Shown here: positions 1 to 14,846 of the stretch, one piece after another
Position numbering within the stretch: position 1 is the stretch's first letter
Layout of the letters: each line of letters opens with the position of its first letter
Made by a program: the position numbers and the translations under genes
Assembly: GCA_951406725.2 (NCBI GenBank)
Contig: OX597824.1
Span: forward strand, 24,800,001 to 24,864,000
DNA: 64,000 nucleotides
Direction: 5' to 3'
Source of the DNA: Octopus vulgaris
Taxonomy: Eukaryota
The notes under the pieces: model-generated
The model's input: the letters and a program-made list of their open reading frames with translations, nothing else
Database searches by the model: none
What the model was told of the DNA's origin: nothing

Positions 1-167
1 TGTGAAACGTCAAATGACATTTTCGCGGGCTATGAGTAACAGGAGTTTAAAAAGATATATCTGTATGGGGATGTGGGATAAAGAGGGTGTAAATTTCTGT
101 TTGATAAGAACCCTATAAATAGCCAGACCCACAAGACAGATGTTTCTTGAAATTATGACTTTGAATA

Positions 168-227
<60 letters not shown>

Positions 228-351
228 GGTATATATATATATGTATGTATGTATATATATACATGAGTACGTATATGCATGCAGGCATGCATGCGTACAT
301 ACATATACATATGCGTGTGTGTTCCTTCGTGCGCATGCACAGACACACACG

Positions 352-383
<32 letters not shown>

Positions 384-571
384 TGTATGTATGTATGCAT
401 GTAAGTATATATGTATGTGTGAATGTATGTAATCATGCATGTATATACGTACGTACGCATGCATATATGTATATCTGTATATCTATAAATACATAGATAG
501 ATATTTAATCACACACACACATACATTCATACACACACATACACATATACATATATATATGTATAAATATC

Positions 572-634
<63 letters not shown>

Positions 635-960
635 GTATGTGTGTCTGTGTGTTTGTGTGTGTGTGTGCTGCATGTATGCATTTATGTATGTATATATGTG
701 TTCTGTGTGCGTGTACGTATGTTTCGTACGTTCATATGTGTTTTGCCCCCGGGTTTTAAAAAGAGGTGGGAAAGTGGGATAAAGCCCATATCTTCAACGA
801 AATCAAATATCTAATTTTATCAATTTATTCCCAAAAATAAATTCTGAAACGAGTTTAATTGATGTATGTATTACTATCTAAACTTAGCTAGTGAAAATTC
901 TTCACGCAGGACTTAATACCTCCTTTCAATGTAGCTACGTATGAAAGCCTGGGTGTATCT

Positions 961-1006
<46 letters not shown>

Positions 1007-1441
1007 GGCTCTGCGTGGGGGGCTGGATGTCTGTATGTAGGAGTGAGGTGTCTGTGCGTTCGTATATATCTATATATCTTTATAAATATGATGAGTAAAA
1101 TGTGGTGCGAATGAACGAAACGTTTACGTTACGTGTGTGGATGCGAATATAAGCTAAATTCACTTACGTGTGTGCTTGTGGGGTGGGGGGGTGGGGTGGG
1201 GGTCTGGAGCATTAGGGTAAGAAGGATAGGAGGATTGGATGGGAGCGCCCTTATTTATATTTCCACGTCTTTTACACCTAAACTTGGCAGAAAGGGAAAG
1301 CATATTTATGTAACCGTAAAAAATATTACTATTAAATATCTTAATTGCGTTCTTGCTTTAAATATGTGTGTGCGCATTTGTGTGTGTGAGTACGTGTATG
1401 TGTATGTGCGTATATGTATGTATGTATTTATGGATATATGT

Positions 1442-1478
<37 letters not shown>

Positions 1479-1568
1479 AATGGCTTCATTTTTTTTATAA
1501 TTAAGATCTAAACTGTTAATATATTAATGCGAAAGAGAGTTGAATAACTGTAAACTTACTTTTGGGTC

Positions 1569-1643
<75 letters not shown>

Positions 1644-1724
1644 CGTCTGTTTTTTTGTGTCGTCTCTTTGTGTGTTTTTGCGGTCTTGTCCCACTTTGTA
1701 ATTTATAATTTATATTTAATTTCT

Positions 1725-1762
<38 letters not shown>

Positions 1763-1838
1763 CGGTAAGCTTTATGAAAATAGACAAAAGACGAAGGCAG
1801 ATTTACGGAAATAAACAAAAGACGAAGGCTGGTGGAAT

Positions 1839-1882
<44 letters not shown>

Positions 1883-2026
1883 TGATAAAAATGGTAAGAC
1901 AACAAAAGAATGAAAGAGATCTCGATATTATGTAAATAGAGGAATTTATCTGTAAATGTAATATGTGACAATTATTCGGTACCCATGATAAAACTCCGAG
2001 TTTCGGAAAAATGCTATTTTTCCGAT

Positions 2027-2098
2027 GGCCAGATAACTGAAGAGATGGCGGCGTGGATTTCCACCTCGGCATCCGAAACTCGGAGTTTTATCATGGCT
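2027..2098 (+). ncRNA. Type I hammerhead ribozyme motif (Penelope-like, palindromic stem III)
   Basis: Stem I GGCCAGATAA/TTATC(A)TGGCT, core CTGAAGA 2037-2043, long imperfect stem II, GAAA 2075-2078, stem III ACTC-G-GAGT, GUU cleavage triplet 2085-2087. Confidence 0.7.
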
Positions 2099-2295
2099 AC
2101 CGAATAATTGTCACATATTACATTTATATATATATATATATATATATAATTATTGAAGTAGATAAATGAATTATCTTATTACGGATTATTCAAATGATAA
2201 CCGACACCTGGGTAGCAAAAATCACGGTTGAGGTTACGACCATGGGGCCTAAATCTTTTTGTTAAATCTTCGTTCAGCTCCATTTCTTCCTACAC

Positions 2296-2399
<104 letters not shown>

Positions 2400-2432
2400 T
2401 GTATGTATGTATAGGTATTTATGCATACGTGT

Positions 2433-2995
2433 ATGAAGGTACCAGGTTGAGTCAAAAGTTCTCTTGTATTTCAAGCTTTAATTAATGTTCAAACAAATTG
2501 CTTGCATAAAGTGTTTGCTCATCAAAATATATCCCATCACAGTCTATAATCTGTTGCCATTGTTGTGCCAGAAGCCCGATTTTACGCTTATACCATTTTC
2601 TTGGTTTAGAAACAAAAAACCTAAACCAGCGCCATTTTCAACCTCGTCCCTACTGTTAAACCTCCGTCCGTGCAGAAAATAAGCTATGGTTCGGAAAAGG
2701 TCGTAATCTGGTAGTGCAAGGTCTGGAATGTAGGCAGAGTAAGGCAGCACTTCCAGCCCTTTCTGGTTGCTCAAGTTTGCGCTCGGTCACATTGGCAGTA
2801 TGTTCTGGGGCATTGTCGTACTGTGCTTGTGTGCACCTTCGATTGAAAACGCACTGGGTAGCGGGCTTTCAAAGCATCTTATACTTTTGCAGTTGTTGAG
2901 CTTAAAAGTTAGACTTCAGAGCATGTCTATGTGGGACAAACTCAAAGTGCAACATCCCTTCGAAATTCCACCAAACACAAAACACTCGGTTCATG
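2433..2995 (-). mobile_element. Decayed mariner transposase (3' part of the DD34D domain)
   Basis: Minus-strand translation across frameshifts gives VFCVWWNFEGMLHFE, YDNAPEHTA and EVLPYSAYIPDLALPDYDLF (mariner YSPDLAPxD motif). Confidence 0.85.
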
Positions 2996-3383
2996 TTCGT
3001 GCTCCTGGGAATTGTGAGTTCAATTCCTAGCAGCATGTTGTGGACTTGAGCAATGTTCCTTATTTAACGTTGCTTCAGTACACTCAGAATAGTATATATA
3101 TATATTTATCTTTTATTAAACTTTAATACTTTTGATATTATAAAATAAATAAATAAATAAATAAATAAATAAAATAATATATAAATATAAAAATATACAT
3201 ACATATATATATATATATATATATTTGTATATATATATATATATTTAAAATTTATAAGTTTAATTTATTTAAATAATTTTTTAATTTTTAACTTTTATAT
3301 TTTTAAATTAATTTTATGTATTGGCTTATGTTTTTCACTGTTTGATTTGCCTAATAGTGGTTTTATCTCTAATTTAATATAAC

Positions 3384-3430
<47 letters not shown>

Positions 3431-3849
3431 ATATTTCGGAATGGTCATTTTGCCAGTTTAGCTGTAGAAATGAGTTGCGACGTCACAGGTGCCAAGCTGT
3501 ATCGGCCCCTTTGCCTTTCCCTTGGATAACACTGGTGGCGTGGAGAGGGGAGGCCGGTATGCATGGGCGACTGCTGATCTTCCATAAAGAACCTAGAATT
3601 TATTGATCTAGAGATGGCCCTTGTCATAGTATCACACTTTGTAGTCATCAAACTCACTAAGAATATAAATGAATGATATGTGACAACCATACAAGTCATG
3701 TACAAAGGTGTTGTCAGCAAGGTGGCAATTAGCAATGAGTTCAGTAAGGAATGTGCAATTAAGTGTCAATGAAGACTTCGTTCTCAGCCTCTTCCTATTT
3801 ACTATAATTCTCCATGCTATAAGGATGCTTAAGTTTAAAATATATAAAC

Positions 3850-3888
<39 letters not shown>

Positions 3889-3894
<6 letters not shown>

Positions 3895-4338
3895 CAAAAT
3901 AAGAAAATGGAGAAATACATCTAAATCATTTATCAACTACCAGATAGTACCCAATCACATACTTTATTAAACAACTACATAAGAACATTAGGGTTAAACA
4001 TAAAAATATATAACAAAACAGCGTACATGAATGAGTAATACAATACAAAAAGTACAATCATTATAAGAGGGTATAAATAAATAAATATAAATATACACTA
4101 TAAGATATAGTGTATATATAGGTGTAAGATATAGTGCATATTTATATTTATATCTATTTATATTTATTTATTTATATCGTCTTATAATGATTATACTTAT
4201 TGTATTGTATTACTCATTCATGTACGCTGTTTTGTTATATATGTTTATGTAGTGGTTTAATAAAGTATGTGATCGGGTATTATCTGGTAGTTGATAAATG
4301 ATTTAGATGTATTTCTCCATTTTCTGATTTTGTATTAT
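3889..4338. repeat. Large imperfect fold-back (arms ~210 bp)
   Basis: AATACAAAATAAGAAAATGGAGAAATACATCTAAATC... is mirrored by ...GATTTAGATGTATTTCTCCATTTTCTGATTTTGTATT; centre at ~4105-4125. Confidence 0.9.
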
Positions 4339-4506
4339 TAATTTATGGTAAAAATAATTTTACCTTTGCCCATGTAATACAGTAAATGAATTAATTGCAT
4401 CGCAATTCTTAACATTTATGTATTAACTTTGGTGGGTACTTCACTAGCAGTATATTGGATATATGTTATCCCATGGAGGGTTGAATTTGAAACCCCTATC
4501 TCAATT

Positions 4507-4574
<68 letters not shown>

Positions 4575-4610
4575 TTCATATATATCAACTCGTGTGTTCC
4601 TTTTCACCTT

Positions 4611-4708
<98 letters not shown>

Positions 4709-4780
4709 GGTTATATTAGTTGTTTTAATAATCTTTCTTTAAAACAACTCTTTTAAATTAATATGTATTATCATTTCGTA

Positions 4781-5114
4781 AGGCGCATGGTTCAGTGGTT
4801 AGAGCGTCGAGCTTACGATCATGAGGTTGTGAGTTCGAATCTCGGACAGGGCTGCGTGTTGTGTTCTTGAGCAAGACACTTTATTTTACGTTGCTCCAGT
4901 TCACTCAGCTGTAGAAATGAGTTGCGACGTCACAGGTGCCAAGCTGTATCGGTCCCTTTGCCTTTCTCTTGGATAACACTGGTGGCGTGGAGAGGGGAGG
5001 CCGGTATGCATGGGCGACTGTTGGTCTTCCATAAAGAACCTTGCCCGGACTTGTGCCTGGGAGGGTAACTTTCTAGGTGCAACCCCACGGTAAGTCATGA
5101 CCGAAGGGGGTCTC
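4781..5114 (+). mobile_element. tRNA-derived SINE, family A, full length
   Basis: A box (TGGTTCAGTGG) and B box (GTTCGAATC); imperfect TSD ATCATTT(C/G)GTAA; second copy at 29135-29458 and a fragment at 3459-3594. Confidence 0.85.
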
Positions 5115-5373
5115 AATCATTTGGTAAATTTCTAATACAATATTTTTAGATTGATTTGTTATATAGTTATTTAGACAATTGGGTAAATATTAGTTGAGTA
5201 AGTATCATCTGTATTTCAATGGCCCAGCCTTGTGCCATTTTGTGTCACACTGAATCTCCCTGAGAACTGTGTTAAGAATACGCATTTCTGTGGAATACTC
5301 GGCCACCTGCCCGTTAATTTCACAAGCAGGTTGTTCCATTGATCGGATGATATGGAACACCAGAGGAATGCGA

Positions 5374-5685
5374 CGGGTAAAATGGGTAAAATGCTTAGTG
5401 GTATTTCGTCTGCGTTACGTTGTGAGTTCAAATTCCGCCGAGGTCGACTTTGCCTTTCATCCTTTCGGGGTCGATAAATTATGTACCAGTTACGCACTGG
5501 GGTCGATGTAATCGACTTAATACCTATGTCTGTCCTTGTTTGTCCCCTCTGTGTTTAGCCCCTTGTGGGTAATAAAGAATTAAGTATTTCTCCCGTCTTT
5601 ACGTCCTGTGATCAAATTCCGCCGAGGTTGACTTTGCTTTTTGTCTTTCCAGAGTCGATGAACAAATACCAACTGAACACCGGTG
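5374..5685 (+). mobile_element. SINE family D (1.5 tandem units); inverted copy at 5975-6168
   Basis: Core GAGTTCAAATTCCGCCGAGGTCGACTTTGCCTTTCATCCTTTCGGGGTCGAT. Confidence 0.8.
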
Positions 5686-5687
5686 TG

Positions 5688-5972
5688 TGGAGGCACATGG
5701 CCTAGTGGTTAGGAATCGCGGGTTCGAATCTCAGACTGGGTGGGTGATGTGTGTGTGTTTATGAGCGAAACACCTAAGTACCACGCTGCTCCGACAGAAG
5801 GTAATGGTGAAACTTCTGCTGACTCTTTCGCCACAACTTTCTCTCACTGTTTCCTCCTGCATCTTGCAGCTCACCTGCGACGGACTGGCGTCCCGTCCAG
5901 GTGGGGAACCTATACGCCAAGGAAACCGGGAAACCGGTCCTAATGAGCCAGGGATGGCTCGAGAAGGAAGGA
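5688..5972 (+). mobile_element. tRNA-derived SINE family E (internally deleted head)
   Basis: GGAGGCACATGGCCTAGTGGTTAGG...GGTTCGAATC head; body shared with 21437-21740. Confidence 0.75.
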
Positions 5973-6369
5973 ACACCTATTTCTTTATTACCCACAAGGG
6001 GCTAAACACAGAGGGGACAAACAAGGACAGACATAGGTATTAAGTCGATTATATCGACCCCAGTGCGTAACTGGTATTTAATTTATCGACCCCGAAAGGA
6101 TGAAAGGCAAAGTCGACCTCGGCGGAATTTGAACTCACAACGTAACGCAGACGAAATACCGTTAAGCGGTGTTGATGTGCTCGACCTACCGTAGTCTCCT
6201 CGCTCACTCTCGCTCACCCCACCACCTCCCTCCAAATTGCTGGCCTTGTGCCAAAATATAAAACCAATATACTATACATATAACTTCAACGAAATGAAAC
6301 GACCGTCCATATAGAAATTTCTTCCATCATGTAACAATTTTTCGCAGCACTAAAACATGCCAAAGGACA

Positions 6370-7200
6370 ACTAGATCGCTTGTTCTTTCAATGTGAGATT
6401 TATTTTCATAAGAGTTACTTCGAGTGAGGGCACGTGGCTTAGTGGTTAGGGCATTCGGCTCATGATCGTAAGGTTGTGAGTTCGATTCCCGGCGATGCGT
6501 TGTGTCCTTGAGCAAGACACTTTATTTCACGTTGCTCCAGTCCACTCAGCTGGCAAAAATGAGTTGTACTTGTATTTCAAAGGGTCAGCCTTGTCACTCT
6601 CTGTGTCACGCTGATTATCCCCGAGAACTACGTTAAGGGTACACGTGTCTGTGGAATGCTCAGCCATTTGCACGTTAATTTCACGAGCAAGCTGTTCCGT
6701 TGATCGTATCAGCTGGGACCCTCGTCGTCGTAACCGGCGGAGTCTTTAAAAGGACATTCGACTGACGATTGTAAGGTCGTGAGTTCGATTCCCGGCGATG
6801 CGTTGTGTCCTTGAGCAAGACACTTTATTTCACGTTGCTCCAGTCCACTCAGCTGGCAAAAATGAGTTGTACTTGTATTTCAAAGGGTCAGCCTTGTCAC
6901 TCTCTGTGTCACGCTGATTATCCCCGAGAACTACGTTAAGGGTACACGTGTCTGTGGAATGCTCAGCCATTTGCACGTTAATTTCACGAGCAAGCTGTTC
7001 CGTTGATCGTATTAGCTGGGACCCTCGTCGTCGTAACCGGCGGAGTCTTTTTTTTTTTTTTAGAGTTACCTCAAAGGGAAAAAAATGTTCGTCAATTAAC
7101 AGCGCACACCGGATGAACTGAAAGCTTCAATTAGTCAAGAATTTACAGCAATACGTCAAGAAATGATACGGCGGTGAATGCAGAGCTTCCAACTAGAAAC
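6370..7200 (+). mobile_element. Decayed Tc1/mariner-superfamily transposase C-terminus split by a SINE-B insertion
   Basis: The left part reads TRSLVLSM*DLFS (cf. PRSPDLSPCDFFLW). After the SINE it continues YLKGK...RTPDELKASISQE...RQEMIRR. Confidence 0.55.
6428..7061 (+). mobile_element. tRNA-derived SINE family B, tandem dimer (~303 bp period) with oligo-T tail
   Basis: tRNA-like head and central block shared with family A but a different 3' tail; imperfect TSD AGAGTTAC(T/C)TC(G/A)A at 6411-6423 and 7062-7074. Confidence 0.85.
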
Positions 7201-7579
7201 AAAAGAAAGCGTTATTTCAAAAACTAAATGAACTGTTATTCATGTGTTACTTACGTGTGTTAGTTCTATGATTATAAATGACTTGCATTGTTCGGCACAT
7301 TTAGACAATAAAGGGCGATAATATTCTATATTTGCTCTATTTAATATATTTGTCGAACATTGTATCATTATTATTATTATTATTATTATTATTCGTTTTA
7401 AAGCTATCAGGCTTTCCTTACGGTCAATGCGCGTGCGTGTGTGTGTGTGTGGGGGCATGATGTGTGTGAGGGAGCAAGTACATGTGTACTGATGTAAATA
7501 GACTTGATATTGTACGAAAGAAAATCTTCTCGTTTCTGCCACCGCTCATCACCCTCACCCTATACAATATAATATAATA

Positions 7580-8215
<636 letters not shown>

Positions 8216-8569
8216 GCGTCTTATTCTTTTGTTCGTTATATGCATACCGTGTTCTTTCATAATGTAGAGTGTACGCTGTGAGAGAATTATTTAAGAGTTC
8301 GCGAAAAATATCAGAACAAAACAATTACAGAAACTAATGCTTTTCTAGTTTCAAGTTACCACTTACCCCATTAGAAATAGCAGCCAAATCTCCCTACAAT
8401 CGCAGTTCGTCATTATCTTCTTTTGAAAATAACAAGAACACGTTGGGTTATGTTTTCTTGTTGGCACCAAAAGACGGCATGGCTTCCGTCTGGAATGTCG
8501 ACAGTTATAATTCTTGTCAGTAAGGTTTTGACATGGAGCAATGCAACAAATAATATCTTTAACATTGCT

Positions 8570-8697
8570 TGTAATAACATTGCTTATAATAACATTGATT
8601 TGAAAGACATTGATTTGAATAACATTGATTGGAATAACATTCATTGGAATAACATTGATTGGAATAACATTCATTGGAATAACATTGACTGGAATAA
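8570..8697. repeat. 15 bp minisatellite (AATAACATTGATTGG), about 8 units
   Basis: Direct tandem repeats with a divergence gradient toward the left. Confidence 0.9.
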
Positions 8698-8809
8698 ACT
8701 ATTGAAAAGTCAATGCTCCTGTACTACTAACATTTGTGGTTAGAATGCCGCGGGAAAGGATCGCAGGGGAGCTTCTTCAAGCCAAGCAGACGATCAAGAA
8801 TGAAATGGT

Positions 8810-9283
<474 letters not shown>

Positions 9284-9285
9284 AT

Positions 9286-9388
9286 ATGCCAACAGCGGTC
9301 ACCCATCTAAGTACTAACTAGGCTCGACGTTGCTTAACTTCGGTGATCGACGAGAACCGGTACTTTCAGCGTGATATGGCTGGATAAC
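9286..9388 (-). pseudogene. 5S rRNA pseudogene with an internal deletion near the 3' end
   Basis: Minus strand GCCATATCACGCTGAAAGTACCGGTTCTCGTCGATCACCGAAGTTAAGCAACGTCGAGCCTAGTTAGTACTTAGATGGGTGACCGC|TGTTGGCAT matches the metazoan 5S consensus (box A, IE, box C) but lacks the CTGGGAATACCGGGT segment. Confidence 0.85.
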
Positions 9389-9804
9389 ATCTGTAGTTAC
9401 AGTATAAGGTGGCGAACTGGCACAGTCACTAGTAGCCCGGGTAAAAGATGCTTAGCGATGTTTCGTCTGTCTTTATATTCTGAGTTCAAATTCGATCGAG
9501 GTCGACTTTGTCTTTCATCATTTCTGTGTCCATGAAATAATTACCAATTGAGCAATGGAGTCGATGTAATCGATTTACCCCTCCTTCGAAAGTGCTGGCC
9601 TTGTGTCAAAATTTGTAACCAATATCTATAGTTTCCGTTAGTTGGTCACGCTTCAGAGGCCTGTATGGCGGTTGCTTCCGATAGGATCTTCTGGCGGAAG
9701 CACCGGAGGACTCTACTCACAACGACTGCTCCATCCTGCCCCCGAAATTGCGGGTAGAGAAAATGAATGAATGAATGAATAAATGGATGAATAGATGGAT
9801 AATG

Positions 9805-9890
<86 letters not shown>

Positions 9891-9892
9891 TA

Positions 9893-10399
9893 AATGCCCT
9901 GATGCAGTACCAGGCAGTGGCTCTCATGGCTTCTGATCTTAACTGATTGGAAGTGTTATCATGTACATTGTTTTGTCTTGGTATAAAAGATGGGCTACAG
10001 CAAATATTCTGCTCGATACCACAGATTTGCTTGAGAGTTGTTTGACCATAACCAGTTGAGCATGTCCCTTAGAAGCTGACGATATGTGCATCTCTGATCA
10101 CGAGCAGAAGTAGTGGGGGAGCATCATAGCCATATGTTTCTTTCAACATCCTTAAGTAGTCCTTATTCAGGGACCTTTTGAGCGGGATGGGCTACTCGAC
10201 CAGAAGAAAATTCTAACTGGGCCCCACCTGCAAGGTCATGCGCCGTTAATCTTGATATGGGATCACCATGTCGCACACATATAGTTGTGATGCATGAGCC
10301 TAGTGTACCTTTATCAGACGGGTAGTTATGATGGGTATACTGGGCTTCGTATATTTTACCCCAGTGTCACTTTGACGGCATGCACTGCTCTCTCACTCA

Positions 10400-10402
<3 letters not shown>
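9893..10402. mobile_element. Unclassified ~510 bp element embedded in an (AAT)n array
   Basis: GC-richer block with sharp borders, flanked on both sides by in-phase (AAT)n (9806-9890 and 10404-10479). Confidence 0.5.
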
Positions 10403-10480
<78 letters not shown>

Positions 10481-11303
10481 GCCCTTTCTACTAAAGGTAC
10501 AAGGTCTGAAATTTGGTGGAGAGGGGAGTAGTCGATTTCATCGACCCCAGTGTTTCACTGGTATTTACTTTAGCAACTCCGAAAGGATGAAAGGTAAATT
10601 CGACCTCGGCGAAATTTGAGCTCAGAATCTAAGGACGGACGAATTGCTGCGAAGCATTTTGCCCGGCATGCTAACGACTCTGCCAGTTCGTCGCGGAGAG
10701 TTGCAGATGGTAAGAGAGAGCATGTTTGGTATAGAATTAATATGGAAGAAAATAGTGACTTTAAGGAGGAAGTAGTGAAGAAGAAAGATAAGCAGAAGGT
10801 CGGAGAAATGAGAACTCAGAAAGAAGCAAAAAACAAAAGAAAAGATTTTTTAATGAGGAACGGAAGTGAGGGAAAAGGAAAGTAGAAATAAAAAGAAAGA
10901 AAAAGAGTACAAAAGATGGAAATAAAAGAAAGAAATCATTACTTTTTCTCTGTTTCTCTCTCTCTTCCTTTGTCTTTGACGTATGATAAGAATCCGAAGC
11001 GTTCATTACTCACTGCTCAGTACCACCGGCTTCTGTAACTTCATACATAAGCTGTTGTGTTGAAGGGAAAATTAGAATTCAGTAGGGATGGGGACGGGGC
11101 AGCTACCGCAGGGTATTTTGTCCGATCTCCCTAAGTATTCTGCCTATAATATCACACTGCTTGTTACGTCATGTGCTACGGTACAGAATCGAAAAACACA
11201 AGCCTTATTTTCTTATAATGAAGCAAGCTCTGCTCTTCCGCATTTCAATAATCTTAACTATTGGATGAAATCGAAGACATGATCGAAAATCCTTAACGGT
11301 GTA

Positions 11304-11428
<125 letters not shown>

Positions 11429-11664
11429 TACGATGTAGATATATATATAAATGTATATGTTTGTGTGTTTGTGTTTGTCCCCACAACATCGCTTGACAAC
11501 CGATGCTGGTGTATTTAGTCCCCGTAACTTAGCGGTTCAGCAGAAGTGACCGATACAATAAGTACTAGGCTTACAAAGAATAAGTCCTGGGGTCGATTTG
11601 CTCGACTAAAGGCGGTGCTCCAGCATGGCTGCGGTCAAAATCTGAAGCAAGTAAAAGAATACAA

Positions 11665-11735
<71 letters not shown>

Positions 11736-11786
11736 AACACACATGTATATGCGCGCACACAGACACACACACATATACATACATAC

Positions 11787-11820
<34 letters not shown>

Positions 11821-12384
11821 GTGTGTGTCTGTGTATGTGTTTGTCCATCCCTACCGCTCGACAACCGATGCTGGTTTGCTTACGTTCCAGAAATCTAGTA
11901 GTTCTGCACGCAGGACTCCGATAAAATAAGTACCAAAATTTGAATGGAACTTAAGATACCTATTTCCATCTTTTCGACTATAAAAAAAAAAAACAAAAAC
12001 AAACACACACACACACAACACAAAACAAAAACAAAAAAAAAAAAAAAAAAGAAACCTCCAAGGCGGTGATCCAGCATGGCCGTAGCCCAATGACTAAAAG
12101 AAGTAAAATACAATAGATATCAGATGAATGATGATAAAACAATTCCATGACGATTTGCCAACGTATGCGTCAGAAGAGAACATTCATAAACCGCGGAATT
12201 TCCAGAGGTGCAGCTAGTAAGTGAATAACGCTTTTCGTTAATGGTATATTACGTTGTTCGAGTGAGAAAAAGAATCGGTATTCTTGTGGTAAATTGCTAT
12301 TTTTATTCATGTTGTTATTGGTTGTTGAAAAGTTTCTTTGATTCAGTTGGGTATTTTTCTTCCTGATTCAAATAGAAAGAAGAA

Positions 12385-13045
<661 letters not shown>

Positions 13046-13155
13046 AATTTGAACAAATAAGTATAAGTCGATTAATGCGTTTAAATGTTGAGTTGAGCAC
13101 CCTATAAAGATTCAATACCAAATCCATCTCCTGTTAATTAATATTATGTATAATG

Positions 13156-13244
<89 letters not shown>

Positions 13245-13330
13245 CAAATTATCTCTCTTTCTCTCTCTCCCCCACCCTCACTCTCTATATACATATACTT
13301 TCACACACACACACACGCACATCTATACAT

Positions 13331-13533
13331 GTAGGCGCAATGGCCTAGTGGTTAGGGCAGCGGACTTGCGGTCGGAGGATCGCGGTTTCGATTCCCAGAC
13401 CGGGCGTTGTGTGTGTTTATTGAGCGAAAACACCTAAAAGCTCCACGAGGCTCCGGCAGAAGGTGGTGATCCCTGCTGTACTCAAAAGGCGGTGCTCCAG
13501 CATGGCCGCAGTCAAATGACTGAAACAAGTACA
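13331..13533 (+). mobile_element. SINE-E 5' half fused to a SINE-C 3' tail
   Basis: SINE-E head and body run to ~13482, followed directly by AAAGGCGGTGCTCCAGCATGGCCGCAGTCAAATGACTGAAACAAGTA (family C tail). Confidence 0.8.
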
Positions 13534-13748
<215 letters not shown>

Positions 13749-13756
13749 TGATAGAT

Positions 13757-13790
<34 letters not shown>

Positions 13791-13817
13791 GCACGCACAC
13801 ACATATATACATAAATA

Positions 13818-13882
<65 letters not shown>

Positions 13883-13899
13883 CATATATATGTATGTAT

Positions 13900-13944
<45 letters not shown>

Positions 13945-14289
13945 CATATATATATATACTGATTTGTCATATATTACCTACCTGTCCATCCTTTCTGAAC
14001 TCTTCTGGATTCTTCATCACAATTATTTATAACTTACAACACATACATACACACTCCCTCTGTCTCTCCCTCTCTCTCTCTCTTTCTTCTTCTCCCACTC
14101 CCCCACCGTCCCCACTCACCATCTTACGGTTAAACCCGAACCCGTGCCTGCACCGCCGCGCAAACCGTCGTCATCACCAAAACACTAGACCGTTCTACGT
14201 ATTTCTACTGTTTCTCCTTATTAACCAACCGTCAATGACTCATCACACACTTTGGCTCGAGTCCAATGGTAACAATGCTTCAGTTACAA

Positions 14290-14350
14290 ACACCACAACC
14301 ACTACTACTAACACCACCACCGCCGCCGCCACCACCACCACCACCACCAT

Positions 14351-14407
<57 letters not shown>

Positions 14408-14427
14408 CCCCACCACTGCTACTACTT

Positions 14428-14521
<94 letters not shown>

Positions 14522-14531
14522 CCCCACCACC

Positions 14532-14600
<69 letters not shown>
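14290..14600. repeat. (ACT)n/(ACC)n trinucleotide array
   Basis: Direct inspection; source of the poly-T/L/Y/V ORFs. Confidence 0.95.
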
Positions 14601-14603
<3 letters not shown>

Positions 14604-14846
14604 GCCAGAAAAGTGGGTAATCTGGTACTGGAAGAAGATTTATAATAAACTGGAACCCGGTATATAACTGGTACTTATTTTATTGATCATCACTGTATCG
14701 GAGATCATGGAAATAGCATCTTCACCAAAAGCAGCAACAACAAGATTGACGGGAAGGTGGTGGAACTGTTTAAGTAATAGATGATAATTACGTGTTTTGA
14801 TAGAAACAACACTAATATATAGATAAACCAAATTCGCAAATTCGAT

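Noticed and set aside
4781-4855. tRNA gene calls for SINE heads (also 6428, 13331, 21437, 29135)
   Set aside because: A/B boxes are present but acceptor stems are not intact, and each head continues into a shared SINE body.
10616-10885. 89 aa K/E-rich ORF
   Set aside because: It begins inside an antisense SINE-D and continues through low-complexity purine-rich sequence.
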